The notes: generated by a model from the sequence alone, not told the origin. 63,992 nucleotides of DNA, filler included, from 7 parts of 7 records of this genome joined end to end with filler, not necessarily neighbours in it; one strand, 5' to 3'. Positions 8,467-20,554 are shown, counted from the whole stretch's first letter. Numbers and translations: made by a program.

Positions 8467-11400
8467 ATGAAAGCTTTATTAGATCTGTTTAAACAGGTCC
8501 AGCAAGACGAGCAATTCGACGCAATCAAGATTGCGATCGCATCGCCCGACAAAATCCGTTCGTGGTCTTTCGGTGAAGTCAAGAAGCCAGAAACCATCAA
8601 CTACCGAACTTTCAAGCCGGAGCGTGATGGTTTGTTTTGTGCCAAGATTTTTGGCCCCATTAAAGATTATGAGTGCTTGTGCGGCAAGTACAAACGCCTG
8701 AAGCACCGTGGTGTCATCTGCGAGAAGTGTGGTGTTGAAGTCACGCTGGCCAAAGTGCGTCGCGAGCGCATGGGTCACATTGATTTGGCTTCGCCTGTTG
8801 CCCACATCTGGTTCTTGAAATCCCTCCCGTCCCGTCTGGGCATGGTGTTGGATATGACTCTGCGGGACATCGAGCGCGTTCTGTATTTTGAAGGTTTCGT
8901 CGTTGTTGAGCCTGGCATGACACCGTTGAAGCGTGGCCAGTTGTTGACAGAGGAAGATTACCTCGCCAAACAGGAAGAGTATGGCGATGACTTCGTGGCG
9001 TTCATGGGTGCTGAAGGCATCAAGGAACTGCTGAAGTCCATCGATATTGACCGCGAGGTTACTACATTGCGTGATGAGTTGGGTACCACCAATTCTGAAG
9101 CGAAAATCAAGAAAATCGCCAAGCGCCTGAAAGTGCTGGAAGGTTTCCAGAAATCAGGTATCAAACCTGAGTGGATGATTCTGGAAGTACTGCCCGTGCT
9201 GCCACCAGAGCTGCGTCCATTGGTTCCTCTGGATGGCGGTCGCTTTGCGACATCTGATTTGAATGATTTGTATCGCCGCGTGATCAACCGCAACAACCGT
9301 CTGAAGCGTCTGCTCGAATTGAACGCACCGGATATCATCGTGCGCAACGAAAAGCGCATGTTACAGGAAGCTGTTGATTCGCTGCTCGACAACGGTCGTC
9401 GCGGTAAGGCGATGACTGGTGCCAACAAGCGCCCATTGAAGTCGCTGGCTGACATGATCAAGGGCAAGGGCGGTCGTTTCCGTCAAAACTTGCTTGGCAA
9501 GCGCGTGGACTACTCGGGTCGTTCCGTGATCGTGGTGGGTCCACAGCTAAAACTGCACCAGTGTGGTTTGCCCAAACTCATGGCGCTCGAATTGTTCAAG
9601 CCTTTCATTTTCAATCGTTTGGAAGTGATGGGTATTGCAACTACCATCAAGCAAGCCAAAAAATTTGTTGAAAACCAAGAGCCCATCGTTTGGGACATTC
9701 TGGAAGAAGTGATTCGCGAGCATCCGGTGATGCTGAACCGTGCACCAACGCTGCACCGTTTGGGCATCCAGGCTTTCGAGCCTGTGTTGATTGAAGGCAA
9801 GGCCATTCAATTGCACCCATTGGTCTGTGCGGCGTTCAACGCTGACTTTGACGGTGACCAAATGGCGGTTCACGTGCCTTTGTCTCTGGAAGCCCAGATC
9901 GAAGCGCGTACCCTGATGCTGGCCTCCAACAACGTATTGTTCCCGGCCAACGGTGATCCCTCTATCGTTCCTTCGCAAGACATCGTGTTGGGTCTGTATT
10001 ACACGACCCGAGACAAAGTCAACGGCAAGAACGAGGGCATCATGTTCTCCGACGTCGGTGAAGTAAACCGCGCCTATGACAACAAAGAAGTTGAACTGGC
10101 CACTCGCGTCACTGTTCGTATCACTGAATATGATGTGAACAAGGAAACCGGAGAAAAAACATCCAAGCGCACGCGTTACGAAACGACCGTAGGTCGTGCC
10201 TTGTTGTCGGAAATTCTGCCTCCGGGCCTGCCTTTCTCTTTCATCGATCGTCCTTTGAAGAAGAAAGAGATTTCTCGCCTGATTAACGCGTCTTTCCGTC
10301 GTTGTGGCCTGCGCGAAACAGTGATTTTTGCTGACAAACTGATGCAGTTTGGTTTCCGTATGGCGACCCGTGGCGGCATTTCTATTGCGATGGGCGACAT
10401 GGTTGTTCCAGCCCAGAAGCAAGTCATCATCGCCGCTGCAGAGGCAGAGGTGAAAGAAATTCAGGCCCAATACACGTCAGGCTTGGTAACTCAAGGCGAG
10501 CGTTACAACAAGGTTGTGGACATTTGGGGCCGTGCTGGTGACCAAGTGGGCAAGGCCATGATGGAACAGTTGGCAACCGAGCCAGTCGTTGATCGCAACG
10601 GTAACGAAGTTCGCCAAGAGTCTTTTAACGCGATTTACATGATGGCTGACTCTGGTGCTCGCGGTTCTGCTGCGCAGATTCGTCAGTTGGCGGGTATGCG
10701 TGGTTTGATGGCGAAGCCCGATGGCTCCATTATTGAAACACCGATCATCGCGAACTTCCGCGAAGGTCTCAACGTGTTGCAGTACTTCATTTCAACACAC
10801 GGTGCGCGTAAAGGCTTGGCTGATACAGCGTTGAAAACTGCTAACTCCGGTTATTTGACGCGTCGTCTTGTCGACGTCACTCAAGACTTGGTCGTGGTCG
10901 AAGACGACTGCGGTACCTCCAACGGCGTGGCCATGAAGGCTTTGGTTGAAGGTGGTGAGGTGATCGAAGCCTTGCGCGACCGTATACTGGGTCGAGTGGT
11001 TGTGGCTGATGTGGTTAATCCTGAAACTCAGGAAACCGTGTTTGAAGTGGGCAAGCTGCTTGACGAAGATGCGGTAGAGTTAATTGATCATTTGGGAATC
11101 GACGAAGTTCGTGTTCGCACGCCGTTGTCTTGCGAAACACGTTATGGTCTGTGTGCAAAATGCTATGGGCGCGACCTGGGTCGTGGCTACCTTGTCAATA
11201 ACGGTGAGGCAGTCGGCGTGATTGCTGCGCAATCGATTGGTGAGCCAGGCACACAGTTGACCATGCGCACTTTCCACATTGGTGGTGCAGCTTCCCGCGC
11301 GGCGGTTGTCTCGAGCATTGAGGCCAAGTCAAATGGCGTAATCCGTTTCACTGCCACCATGCGCTATGTGACCAACGGCAAGGGCGAGCAAATTGTGATT

Positions 11401-12696
11401 TCCCGCTCGGGGGAAGTCTTGATTACTGATGATTTTGGACGTGAGCGTGAGCGCCACAAGGTGCCCTACGGCGCCACACTGGCTGTCCTCGACGGCAATC
11501 AGGTGAAGGCTGGTGCGATGCTCGCTACCTGGGATCCCTTGACCCGCCCGATTGTGACTGAATACGCAGGCAAGATTCGCTTCGAGAATATCGAAGAGGG
11601 TGCAACTGTGGCCAAGCAGATCGACGACGTCACAGGCCTGTCAACTTTGGTGGTTATTGATGCGAAGCGTCGAACTGCCGGTAGCAAGGGTGAGCGCCCG
11701 CAGGTTAAGTTGATTGACCCGCAAGGCAATGAGGTGAAAATTGCTGGTTCCGATCACTCGGTAAATATCAGCTTCCCGGTCGGAGCGCTCATTACAGTGC
11801 GTGACAATCAGGATGTCTCAGTGGGTGAGGTGTTGGCGCGTATTCCTCAGGAAAGCCAGAAAACCCGTGACATTACTGGTGGTTTGCCCCGTGTGGCCGA
11901 ATTGTTCGAAGCACGTTCACCCAAGGATGCAGGTATGTTGGCCGAAGTCACCGGCACGGTTTCCTTTGGTAAAGACACCAAGGGCAAGCAGCGTCTGGTG
12001 ATTACCGACCTGGATGGTGTTTCTCACGAGTTCTTGATCCCCAAGGACAAGCACGTGCTGGTGCATGATGGCCAAGTCGTTAACAAGGGCGAGTCCATTG
12101 TGGATGGTCCGGCTGATCCGCACGACATTTTGCGTCTGTTGGGAATAGAAGCGCTGGCACGCTACATTGTGGATGAGGTTCAAGATGTTTACCGCTTGCA
12201 GGGCGTGAAGATCAACGACAAACACATTGAAGTGATTGTTCGTCAAATGTTGCGCCGCGTGATCGTGGATGACCCTGGCGAGACTGGTTTCATCCCTGGC
12301 GAACAAATCGAGCGCTCTGAACTGTTGGATGCGAACGACAAAATGCGCAACGAGAACAAGCGTGAGGCAACTTACCAAAACATCTTGTTGGGTATTACGA
12401 AAGCGTCACTTTCAACCGACTCGTTTATTTCAGCTGCTTCCTTCCAGGAAACAACCCGCGTATTGACCGAAGCCGCAATCATGGGCAAGCGCGATGAATT
12501 GCGTGGTTTGAAAGAAAACGTGATCGTGGGTCGTTTGATCCCGGCAGGTACGGGTATGGCTTTCCACAAGGCCCGCAAGGACAAGGAAGGACGCGAAGCA
12601 GAAGAGTTGCGTCTGATGGAAGCCGAACATGATCCTCGTGCGCAGGCTGAGGCCTTGTTCAATATTCCAGCCTCTGAGGGTTCTGACGAAGCCTAA
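8467..12696 (+). CDS. rpoC: RNA polymerase beta-prime subunit
   Basis: 1409 aa. Zn-finger CLCGKYK...CEKC and catalytic [20 protein letters not shown]. Confidence 0.99.
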   Translation: MKALLDLFKQVQQDEQFDAIKIAIASPDKIRSWSFGEVKKPETINYRTFKPERDGLFCAKIFGPIKDYECLCGKYKRLKHRGVICEKCGVEVTLAKVRRERMGHIDLASPVAHIWFLKSLPSRLGMVLDMTLRDIERVLYFEGFVVVEPGMTPLKRGQLLTEEDYLAKQEEYGDDFVAFMGAEGIKELLKSIDIDREVTTLRDELGTTNSEAKIKKIAKRLKVLEGFQKSGIKPEWMILEVLPVLPPELRPLVPLDGGRFATSDLNDLYRRVINRNNRLKRLLELNAPDIIVRNEKRMLQEAVDSLLDNGRRGKAMTGANKRPLKSLADMIKGKGGRFRQNLLGKRVDYSGRSVIVVGPQLKLHQCGLPKLMALELFKPFIFNRLEVMGIATTIKQAKKFVENQEPIVWDILEEVIREHPVMLNRAPTLHRLGIQAFEPVLIEGKAIQLHPLVCAAFNADFDGDQMAVHVPLSLEAQIEARTLMLASNNVLFPANGDPSIVPSQDIVLGLYYTTRDKVNGKNEGIMFSDVGEVNRAYDNKEVELATRVTVRITEYDVNKETGEKTSKRTRYETTVGRALLSEILPPGLPFSFIDRPLKKKEISRLINASFRRCGLRETVIFADKLMQFGFRMATRGGISIAMGDMVVPAQKQVIIAAAEAEVKEIQAQYTSGLVTQGERYNKVVDIWGRAGDQVGKAMMEQLATEPVVDRNGNEVRQESFNAIYMMADSGARGSAAQIRQLAGMRGLMAKPDGSIIETPIIANFREGLNVLQYFISTHGARKGLADTALKTANSGYLTRRLVDVTQDLVVVEDDCGTSNGVAMKALVEGGEVIEALRDRILGRVVVADVVNPETQETVFEVGKLLDEDAVELIDHLGIDEVRVRTPLSCETRYGLCAKCYGRDLGRGYLVNNGEAVGVIAAQSIGEPGTQLTMRTFHIGGAASRAAVVSSIEAKSNGVIRFTATMRYVTNGKGEQIVISRSGEVLITDDFGRERERHKVPYGATLAVLDGNQVKAGAMLATWDPLTRPIVTEYAGKIRFENIEEGATVAKQIDDVTGLSTLVVIDAKRRTAGSKGERPQVKLIDPQGNEVKIAGSDHSVNISFPVGALITVRDNQDVSVGEVLARIPQESQKTRDITGGLPRVAELFEARSPKDAGMLAEVTGTVSFGKDTKGKQRLVITDLDGVSHEFLIPKDKHVLVHDGQVVNKGESIVDGPADPHDILRLLGIEALARYIVDEVQDVYRLQGVKINDKHIEVIVRQMLRRVIVDDPGETGFIPGEQIERSELLDANDKMRNENKREATYQNILLGITKASLSTDSFISAASFQETTRVLTEAAIMGKRDELRGLKENVIVGRLIPAGTGMAFHKARKDKEGREAEELRLMEAEHDPRAQAEALFNIPASEGSDEA

Positions 12697-12716
12697 GTGG
12701 TTGACGGAAATATAAA

Positions 12717-12738
12717 AGGTGATGGTAAAACATCACCT
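12717..12738 (+). terminator. Hairpin downstream of rpoC (possible terminator)
   Basis: AGGTGATG-gtaaaa-CATCACCT. No U-tract on the + strand. Confidence 0.35.
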
Positions 12739-12744
12739 AAATCA

Positions 12745-12774
12745 TTGACCCGCGCTTGTGTTTTGGAATACAAT
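12745..12774 (+). promoter_or_regulatory. Sigma70-like promoter for the str operon
   Basis: TTGACC-N18-TACAAT upstream of rpsL. Confidence 0.5.
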
Positions 12775-12839
12775 CGCGGGCTAAATTGGCTGCGGGCACG
12801 CCCGTAGCCCTTTTGTTTTTTTTAACCGGAACTGGAACT

Positions 12840-13223
12840 ATGCCAACCATTAATCAGCTAGTGCGTAAACCACGCACCAGTGTGACCATGAAGAGCAAAA
12901 GCCCCGCGCTCGAGGATTGCCCTCAAAAGCGTGGCGTGTGCACTCGTGTTTACACCACAACTCCAAAAAAACCAAACTCTGCGCTGCGTAAAGTAGCCAA
13001 AGTTCGCCTGACCAACGGCTTTGAAGTGATTTCCTACATTGGTGGTGAAGGCCACAACTTGCAGGAACACTCCGTGGTGTTGATCCGCGGCGGTCGTGTG
13101 AAAGACTTGCCTGGTGTGCGCTATCACATCGTGCGTGGTTCACTTGACTTGCAAGGCGTTAAGGACCGCAAGCAGGCTCGTTCCAAGTATGGTTCGAAGC
13201 GTCCAAAAGCTGCCAAGGGCTAA
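12840..13223 (+). CDS. rpsL: 30S ribosomal protein S12
   Basis: [36 protein letters not shown]. Confidence 0.99.
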   Translation: MPTINQLVRKPRTSVTMKSKSPALEDCPQKRGVCTRVYTTTPKKPNSALRKVAKVRLTNGFEVISYIGGEGHNLQEHSVVLIRGGRVKDLPGVRYHIVRGSLDLQGVKDRKQARSKYGSKRPKAAKG

Positions 13224-13326
13224 TTAGCCAATTTAAAACCGCATTCCGTGCGGCACACGTTTGGTGTGTCGAGTAAGCAGATGCATAAGTGGGATTGCCC
13301 ACGCTGAAGATAAAGGAATAGTCAAG
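13224..13326 (+). promoter_or_regulatory. rpsL-rpsG intercistronic element (putative S7 autoregulatory site)
   Basis: AGTAAG (13272-13277) and CTGAA (13304-13308), motifs also present in the E. coli rpsL-rpsG spacer, plus hairpins GCACAC/GTGTGT and GTGGG/CCCAC. Confidence 0.55.
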
Positions 13327-13797
13327 ATGCCACGTCGTCGCGAAGTGCAGCGCAGAGAAGTGCTGCCAGATCCAAAGTTTCAAAGCACAGAAGTAGCCAA
13401 ATTCATGAACGTCATCATGTTGTCTGGCAAAAAAGCTGTTGCAGAACGCATTATTTACGGTGCTTTTGACAGCATCTCAACGAAAGCTGGTAAAGACCCA
13501 CTCGAGGTGTTTAACGCCGCGATCAACAACGTAAAGCCTGTTGTTGAAGTGAAGTCTCGCCGCGTCGGTGGTGCGAACTACCAAGTTCCGGTGGAAGTTC
13601 GTCCCTCACGTCGTCTGGCTCTGGCCATGCGTTGGGTGCGTGAAGCAGCCAAGAAGCGTAGTGAAAAGTCCATGGACCTTCGCCTGGCAGGTGAGCTGCT
13701 AGAGGCGGCTGAAGGTCGCGGTGGTGCGATGAAGAAGCGTGATGAAGTTCACCGTATGGCTGAAGCCAACAAGGCCTTCTCGCATTTCCGATTCTAA
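13327..13797 (+). CDS. rpsG: 30S ribosomal protein S7
   Basis: [38 protein letters not shown]. Confidence 0.99.
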   Translation: MPRRREVQRREVLPDPKFQSTEVAKFMNVIMLSGKKAVAERIIYGAFDSISTKAGKDPLEVFNAAINNVKPVVEVKSRRVGGANYQVPVEVRPSRRLALAMRWVREAAKKRSEKSMDLRLAGELLEAAEGRGGAMKKRDEVHRMAEANKAFSHFRF

Positions 13798-13812
13798 ATT
13801 TAACTGGAGTAG

Positions 13813-13986
<174 letters not shown>

Positions 13987-14086
13987 NNNNNNNNNNNNNN
14001 NNNNNNNNNNNNNNNNNNNNNNNNNNNNNNTTAATTAATTAANNNNNNNNNNNNNNNNNNNNNNNNNNNNNNNNNNNNNNNNNNNN
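13987..14086. other. Artificial contig spacer
   Basis: Same 100-nt N/TTAATTAATTAA linker. Confidence 0.99.
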
Positions 14087-14128
14087 ATTGACGAAAAACG
14101 AAGAATGAATGACGAAACCCTAAGGCTC

Positions 14129-14707
14129 TCAAAGAGCTATCATCCGCTTCACATACTTACCAATAATATCAAACTCTAAATTCACCCTGGTACCCACTTT
14201 GAAGGTATGAAAATTAGTATGCTCAATTGTGTACGGAATTATATGTACTGAAAAGAGTTGTGCTTCAGATTGAACAACAGTTAAACTGACGCCATTTACA
14301 GTAATTGAACCTTTCGGAACTGTCACATCATCATGCGAATAACGAAAAACATATTCTGTGCTACCGTCCAAATCAATAATTTCCACACATTCACCAGTAG
14401 CATCCACATGTCCTTGTACAATATGTCCATCTAGTCTACCGCCCATTTGCATGCAACGCTCCACATTAACAACATCCCCAACTTTGAGGTCGCCAAGATT
14501 GGTTTTTTTCAAAGTTTCATCAATGGCAGTAAGTGTGTAATTGTCGCCATCAATTGCCACCACGGTTAAGCAACAACCATTGTGTGCAACACTTTGATCA
14601 ATTTTTAATTCGTTGGTAAACGGTCCTGAAAAAGTGAAATGGACATTTGAATTTTCTGTCTCAATTTTTTCGACTGTAGCTAGTCCTTCAATGATTCCTG
14701 TAAACAT
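14129..14707 (-). CDS. ribE: Riboflavin synthase (alpha chain)
   Basis: MFTGIIE N-terminus, SVAHNGCCLTV, GHIVQGHVD, KGSITVNGVSLTV, VNLEFD. Confidence 0.97.
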   Translation of the reverse strand: MFTGIIEGLATVEKIETENSNVHFTFSGPFTNELKIDQSVAHNGCCLTVVAIDGDNYTLTAIDETLKKTNLGDLKVGDVVNVERCMQMGGRLDGHIVQGHVDATGECVEIIDLDGSTEYVFRYSHDDVTVPKGSITVNGVSLTVVQSEAQLFSVHIIPYTIEHTNFHTFKVGTRVNLEFDIIGKYVKRMIAL

Positions 14708-14711
14708 TAAT

Positions 14712-17318
14712 TTAATGCGAATTTATTATGGTGATATTGCCTTGAAACGAGCGAGGAACTAATCCTTCTAACTTTATTTCGTAAACTGTGACGGTGTAAA
14801 AATAAGTACCGTCATTCAGCTTTTTATTATTCTTTTGGTGAAATCCATCCCAATTAATAAATGGATCATTTGATTCAAATACTAATTCCCCCCAGCGGTT
14901 AAAGACTTGAAAATCGATACTGTCAACGAATTTAAAAGGTAATAACGGGTGATATAAATCGTTGGCACCAGAAGCATCCGGAGTAAAAATATTCGGTAAT
15001 TCATAATATCCGTCACAGTTGTCAATGCAAGCAATATTTGAGGGTTCACTCTCATTATCGTAACCAGCAGAATCAATTGCCGTCACATAATAACATCCGG
15101 CAATGCTGCCTCTTTCAGAATGGATGAATGATGTATCTAAATCAGAGCTAAACGAAGTGAGTAATTCTAACGAATCACCTTCAAAAGGAGCAAAATAAAG
15201 GTTGTATCGAGTCACATCATCCGCACAACTATTATTGGGGTTAGTCCAGCTTAAATAGGTTTCTTCTAAATCGCAGTCACCAGAAATATCTAAAACAGGT
15301 GGGCATGGAGGGGTATAATCAAATGGTTCTCCGCATACTTCTTGAGACCAATTTTCAATAGGATTCACGATTCCAGATGAAGAATACGAACCGATTGATT
15401 TAATTTTGTAGCAATAGGTTGCACCATTCACCAATCCGGTATCGCGATAACCAATAGTCGAGCTTGTCCCAATCATTGCAAAAGTTGCAGAACCTGGTGA
15501 TGTTTCACGATAAATTTCATAAGTTGAATTTGTCCATGGAACATTCTCAGTCCAATTAATATAGAGCTCATTGTCATTAGGGGTTAAATCAATATAGATT
15601 GAACTCGCCTCAATTGAGCTTCCTAGCAAGGCTCCATTGTTATACAATTCCACACGGTAGGTATAGGCGTTGTCCTCAGTATTTAGAATCAGTTCTTCAA
15701 AAGTCGTGTCAGGGTTGATAATAGATGCCTGCGAACCTGAAGTATAAACTAAGGATTCAGTTCCACCACCCATACCTGTTTGACGATAGAGTTGATAATG
15801 ATAAGGGCCAGGATAAAGAGTTGTATTGAGTTCTTTAGGATAAGACCATTTAATAGTATCGCTTCCAGTGCTAGCATCTGTGCTATTTATGGAGACATGC
15901 GTCAATACTGGTATCTCAAAATTTAAATGGTCACAGTCAACGTTTGAGATGCAACTTTCTACTCCAGATGTATTTACGGCTGTAACAATGTAACAATAAT
16001 CGTTACCGACAATAAGACTATTATTGTCAGTAAAGCTGTTTGTGGTTGAGCTGCCTATTAGCACATATCCTAGTCCTAATGCAGTTCCATTTTCACAGCA
16101 ACTCTCTTCTGTATCAGTTGAGTCTAAACTTCTGTAGATATTATAGCGTTCAATATTGCCACAAACGGATGGATCCCAAGTTAAATTCATTGAATTAGCA
16201 GCTGGACTAACGACCAGATTCGTAACAGGTGGTATATTTACTTTAATTCTGAAACTGGATAAATCTTCAAGACTCACTTGAGGATCGTTGTCCACGGCGT
16301 GTATAATAATGTTGCTGTAAGAGTTACTCGCGTTATCGCAGTTTGGATTCCAAACAAAATACCCAACAACAGTTCCGGTATCTGTTGCTCCATTAAAAAT
16401 AGCTGGGTTTGAACCTACATTAAAAATTGCCCCGGTTGCTGAAATTGTAGTGATATCGCCTGGGTTTGGATCTGCTGCCTCAAATGGGATGTTTACGTTC
16501 GTACCAGCGAAAACACAAGTATCTAATACATCTGTAATGACTGGAGGGTCGTTATTGCACTGACGTACAGTTAATTGCATATCTTGGATAACTGAGCCAA
16601 CATAAAATCCGTTCCGCCATTCAGTAATTTTTATTGCTAAATTATATTCTCCTTGAAATAAAGGAACATCCCAACAAAGTGTTCCTGTGACAGGGTCTAT
16701 CGTCATACTTCCACCACCAATATTATCAGGGTATTCATAAATTTCAGGTATTGACATTTCCATGCAATCTTCTCCTCTGCATGGAACAAGAGAATAACTT
16801 AAGCTGTCACCATCAGGGTCATATGCCGACAAATTGTAACAGTATAATTTGCCCTGGCAAGCAAACTCTGGGCAAGGACAATCTTCAATAATTAAAGAAT
16901 TATTTGGGCTCCCAATAAAAGGTGAGATCACCACTTCTGTTTGAATGCAAAAAACCTTATCTACAGAGTTTGTAATATTTAGTACTCCAGAATTTCGGTT
17001 AGGGTCTTCTACACTCACTATATAAGTTGCTGGCCCGGTAAATGTGTGTCGGCCTACATATAAGTTTTTTTGGACATCTGCACCAACCGAATTAAATGTA
17101 AGTCTAGGAATTGTGTCTAAAGTTCCATCTCCCCATTTAACTTCTAATTCTGGCCGATCAGCATCACTTGAAGATTTCGTGCATGTTGTTATTGTAAACT
17201 CATAGGTATAGCCAGAAATATGAACGTAAGTTATCGCTCCAGATCTATTGTGTGTTGCATTTGCTGAAAAGCTAATTAGCAGAACAAAAATTAAATATGT
17301 GAACCGGCGAAACATCAT
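14712..17318 (-). CDS. Secreted multidomain protein with FN3-like repeats and a gliding-motility (CHU_C / T9SS type B) C-terminal domain
   Basis: Signal peptide ending ANA-THNRSG, FN3-like segments (LTWD...YNIYR...YCYIVTAV), C-terminal LPNIFTPDASGAND...QVFNRWGELVF...WDG...GTYFY...GNITII. Confidence 0.88.
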   Translation of the reverse strand: MMFRRFTYLIFVLLISFSANATHNRSGAITYVHISGYTYEFTITTCTKSSSDADRPELEVKWGDGTLDTIPRLTFNSVGADVQKNLYVGRHTFTGPATYIVSVEDPNRNSGVLNITNSVDKVFCIQTEVVISPFIGSPNNSLIIEDCPCPEFACQGKLYCYNLSAYDPDGDSLSYSLVPCRGEDCMEMSIPEIYEYPDNIGGGSMTIDPVTGTLCWDVPLFQGEYNLAIKITEWRNGFYVGSVIQDMQLTVRQCNNDPPVITDVLDTCVFAGTNVNIPFEAADPNPGDITTISATGAIFNVGSNPAIFNGATDTGTVVGYFVWNPNCDNASNSYSNIIIHAVDNDPQVSLEDLSSFRIKVNIPPVTNLVVSPAANSMNLTWDPSVCGNIERYNIYRSLDSTDTEESCCENGTALGLGYVLIGSSTTNSFTDNNSLIVGNDYCYIVTAVNTSGVESCISNVDCDHLNFEIPVLTHVSINSTDASTGSDTIKWSYPKELNTTLYPGPYHYQLYRQTGMGGGTESLVYTSGSQASIINPDTTFEELILNTEDNAYTYRVELYNNGALLGSSIEASSIYIDLTPNDNELYINWTENVPWTNSTYEIYRETSPGSATFAMIGTSSTIGYRDTGLVNGATYCYKIKSIGSYSSSGIVNPIENWSQEVCGEPFDYTPPCPPVLDISGDCDLEETYLSWTNPNNSCADDVTRYNLYFAPFEGDSLELLTSFSSDLDTSFIHSERGSIAGCYYVTAIDSAGYDNESEPSNIACIDNCDGYYELPNIFTPDASGANDLYHPLLPFKFVDSIDFQVFNRWGELVFESNDPFINWDGFHQKNNKKLNDGTYFYTVTVYEIKLEGLVPRSFQGNITIINSH

Positions 17319-17338
17319 TTATTAAAATGGTAGACTAA

Positions 17339-17346
17339 CAAAGTTA
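17339..17346 (-). promoter_or_regulatory. Bacteroidota -7 promoter element
   Basis: TAACTTTG on the minus strand (consensus TAnnTTTG), 20 nt upstream of the CHU_C gene. Confidence 0.55.
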
Positions 17347-17485
17347 CGAAAATCAGACATGCACTATGTTAACTAACGCAAAAAGTAGGGATTTAGTTGA
17401 AATCAAAACAGAATTAATTTGACCGATCAAAGATCATCATGAAAGCTAAAAAAAAGACTAACTTTAAGCTCAAAATTTATCTAAT

Positions 17486-18892
17486 ATGCCATTATATCCA
17501 CAGTTTCAAACATCAAAAAAATCAAGTAGCCAAGTTTTTTTAGTCAAAAACACTAAAGAAATAGGAAAGTTAGACTTGTCTAAAAAAGAACAAACTTATT
17601 TTACGAAACAACTTGAGACAGGAGGTGGATGCTCCATTAATTCAGCAGGAAATTACGCCGCAGTTTATGTATTAGGTCAAGTTTCTGACCCAAAGAACAG
17701 AGAAGAAATTAGATCTTACGGAGCAACTGTATTTAATGAAGTAAACAATTTATCGAGTTCTGTAATTGTTCACGGAAATTCAGCCGAGGGTCAATTCTTA
17801 TTTTTAGAAGGAATGTCTCTTGCATCTTATAAGTTCGATAAATACCTAAGTGATAAAAAAATACCCAAATTAAAGTCTATATATACATCCAACAAAAAAG
17901 TGAAGTTGAAAGACTTGTGTCATATCGTTGACGCAACTTGTTGGGCTAGAACTTTAGTAGACGAGCCAGTTTCATATCTTACAGCAGAGCAATTGAGTAA
18001 AGATATCGTCAAAAAGTGTAAAGGAACTGGAATTAAGGTTGAAGTGTTCGGAAAAGCAAAAATTCAGTCTTTGAAAATGGGTGGGCTTCTAGCCGTTAAT
18101 AAAGGATCTATAGATCCTCCAACTTTTTCAATACTAGAGTGGAAACCCAAAAATGCAAAGAATAAAAAACCAATAGTTTTAGTTGGAAAAGGAGTTGTTT
18201 ATGATACAGGTGGATTAAGTTTAAAACCGACAGCAAACTCAATGGACTTCATGAAGAGTGATATGGGTGGAGCTGCGGCTATGGTCGGTACAACTTATGC
18301 TGCCGCGAAATTAAATATCCCTTTACACATAATAACTTTAATTCCATCAACAGATAATCGTCCTGGCGGAATTGCTTATGCACCTGGAGATGTAATAAAA
18401 ATGTTTAACGGAATGACTGTTGAAGTTTTGAATACAGATGCTGAAGGTAGAATGATATTAGCTGACGCCTTATCTTACAGTGATAAGTACAAACCAGAAT
18501 TAGTCATTGATGCTGCAACTTTAACAGGGGCGGCTGCTAGAGCATTGGGCACATTCGCTTCTTGTGTTATGGGTAATGCCGATAAGTCAGAAATGGATAG
18601 TATTGAAGAAGCTGGCTACCATGTGAATGAAAGGGTAGTTCAGTTTCCTTTTTGGGATGATTATAAGGCCGAGTTAAAATCGCCAATTGCAGATATTAAA
18701 AATCTGGGTGGACCTTATGCTGGAATGATCACAGCGGGTAAGTTTTTAGAGCACTTTACATCTTCACCTTACATCCATATTGATATTGCAGGACCAGCTT
18801 TTAGCCATAAAAAAGATTCTTATAGAGGTCAAGGTGGTACAGGAGCAGGAGTGAGGTTATTGGTTGAATACTTAAAGAGAAAAGCGAAATAA
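17486..18892 (+). CDS. pepA: Leucyl aminopeptidase (peptidase M17)
   Basis: LVGKGVVYDTGGLSLK, MKSDMGGAA, NTDAEGR, ATLTGA, HIDIAG. Confidence 0.95.
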   Translation: MPLYPQFQTSKKSSSQVFLVKNTKEIGKLDLSKKEQTYFTKQLETGGGCSINSAGNYAAVYVLGQVSDPKNREEIRSYGATVFNEVNNLSSSVIVHGNSAEGQFLFLEGMSLASYKFDKYLSDKKIPKLKSIYTSNKKVKLKDLCHIVDATCWARTLVDEPVSYLTAEQLSKDIVKKCKGTGIKVEVFGKAKIQSLKMGGLLAVNKGSIDPPTFSILEWKPKNAKNKKPIVLVGKGVVYDTGGLSLKPTANSMDFMKSDMGGAAAMVGTTYAAAKLNIPLHIITLIPSTDNRPGGIAYAPGDVIKMFNGMTVEVLNTDAEGRMILADALSYSDKYKPELVIDAATLTGAAARALGTFASCVMGNADKSEMDSIEEAGYHVNERVVQFPFWDDYKAELKSPIADIKNLGGPYAGMITAGKFLEHFTSSPYIHIDIAGPAFSHKKDSYRGQGGTGAGVRLLVEYLKRKAK

Positions 18893-18893
18893 A

Positions 18894-19943
18894 ATGGCAA
18901 ACGATTTAATAAAAGTTGGAATAACAATAGGAGATATCAATGCGATAGGCTTGGAGGTTATTATTAAAACATTGGCTGACCCGCAGATATATAAAAATTC
19001 AATTCCAATTATCTATGGATCATCAAAATCGGTAAGCTTTCACAAAAAAGCAGCAAACCAACATGAGTTCAATTATTTGGCGGTAAAAAATGCTGAAGAA
19101 GCTAAGCCTAAAAAGGTAAATGTTATTAATTGTTGGACGGAGGAAGTAAATATCGTCTTAGGTGAAAAAAATGCGAATGGAGGAAAATACGCAATTCTTT
19201 CACTTGATGCGGCTATGGCAGATTTAAAAGAAGGTAAAATTGATGTTTTAGTAACTGCGCCTATTAATAAAGATTGTGTGAAAGAAGCTGGGTTTAAATT
19301 CGCTGGGCACACAGAATATTTGGCTGACGCGGATGAAGCTGAAGATGTACTCATGTTTATGATTGCTGACGACTTGAGAGTGGGAGTAGTAACTGGTCAT
19401 GTTCCATTAAAAGACGTTGCTTCATTAATTACGCCAGAAGCCGTTGAGAAAAAATTAAGAATGATGATCAAGTCTTTGAAAGAAGATTTTCTAATTCCAA
19501 AACCAAGAGTAGCCGTATTGGGACTCAATCCCCACGCTGGAGATAGAGGAACAATTGGTTCTGAAGAAATGGATATTATTAATCCTGTCATCACTAAATT
19601 AAGAGATGAGGGGGAGCTTATTTACGGTTCATATTCAGCAGATGGATTTTTTGGATCATCTAATGTGAAAATATTTGATGGAATTTTGTCCATGTATCAC
19701 GATCAAGGTTTAACAGGCTTTAAATCAATTTCATTTGATGAAGGAGTTAATTTTACTGCAGGATTGTCTATAGTAAGAACATCTCCAGACCATGGTACAG
19801 CCTATGATTTGGCAGGAAAAGACAAAGCATCTCCTCGTTCTTTTAGAAACGCATATTACTTAGCTTGTGATGTTCACAAAAGAAGAAAACAATATGCTTT
19901 GCTGCATGAGAATCCACTTCAAAAACAATCTACCAAGAAATAG
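18894..19943 (+). CDS. pdxA: 4-hydroxythreonine-4-phosphate dehydrogenase
   Basis: GITIGD, VTAPINK, GHTEYL, GLNPHAG, MYHDQG, RTSPDHGTA. Confidence 0.95.
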   Translation: MANDLIKVGITIGDINAIGLEVIIKTLADPQIYKNSIPIIYGSSKSVSFHKKAANQHEFNYLAVKNAEEAKPKKVNVINCWTEEVNIVLGEKNANGGKYAILSLDAAMADLKEGKIDVLVTAPINKDCVKEAGFKFAGHTEYLADADEAEDVLMFMIADDLRVGVVTGHVPLKDVASLITPEAVEKKLRMMIKSLKEDFLIPKPRVAVLGLNPHAGDRGTIGSEEMDIINPVITKLRDEGELIYGSYSADGFFGSSNVKIFDGILSMYHDQGLTGFKSISFDEGVNFTAGLSIVRTSPDHGTAYDLAGKDKASPRSFRNAYYLACDVHKRRKQYALLHENPLQKQSTKK

Positions 19944-19944
19944 A

Positions 19945-19975
19945 TTTGTAGTATAAAATTTTATTCCTACCTTTG
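19945..19975 (+). promoter_or_regulatory. Bacteroidota housekeeping promoter for yceD-rpmF
   Basis: TTTG(19945-19948)-N19-TACCTTTG(19968-19975), matching the -33/-7 consensus. Confidence 0.75.
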
Positions 19976-19992
19976 CCGTCCTATTTTGCGGG

Positions 19993-20535
19993 ATGAGTAA
20001 GAGTGAATATGTGATAAGGTTCTCTGGACTGAAAGAAGGGATTCATCAGTTCAACTTTGAAATAGGGAAAACGTTCTTTGAGCAACTTGATTATTCTGAA
20101 GTTCAAAATGGCGAATTGAAAGTAAATGTTGATTTTGAAAAAAAAGCAACAATGCTGGTCGTTAATTTTGAAATAGAAGGCAAGGTTGAATTAATGTGTG
20201 ATAAATGCACAGATGATTTTTATCTCGCTATTAAAGGTGAAGAAGAATTAATCTACAAATTCGGTGAAGGCGAAACCAATGATGAAAAAATCATTATGAT
20301 CCCTGAACATGAAATTGAAATTGATTTGACGCATCCTATTTATGAATTGACATGTATTGTCATTCCTTCAAAAAGAGTTCACCCAGAAGGTGAATGCAAT
20401 CAAGAAATGCTAGAAGCAATGGATAATTATCTGATGGTAGAAGAAGATGAGGTTGAGCCCTCAGATGACACTTCAGAAGATGAAGAAAAAAGTGTTGACC
20501 CACGTTGGGCTGCGCTTAGTAAATTGAAAAAATAA
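19993..20535 (+). CDS. DUF177/YceD family protein
   Basis: CDKC motif, C-terminal DPRWAALSKLK, directly upstream of rpmF. Confidence 0.92.
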   Translation: MSKSEYVIRFSGLKEGIHQFNFEIGKTFFEQLDYSEVQNGELKVNVDFEKKATMLVVNFEIEGKVELMCDKCTDDFYLAIKGEEELIYKFGEGETNDEKIIMIPEHEIEIDLTHPIYELTCIVIPSKRVHPEGECNQEMLEAMDNYLMVEEDEVEPSDDTSEDEEKSVDPRWAALSKLKK

Positions 20536-20554
20536 CAGTATTAAATAAGGAAAA

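Noticed and set aside
9547..10470. 307-aa antisense ORF inside rpoC
   Set aside because: A shadow ORF produced by the codon bias of a conserved gene, with no motifs.
12840..13223. Streptomycin-resistance alleles in rpsL
   Set aside because: The TPKKPNS and RVKDLPG motifs are wild type.
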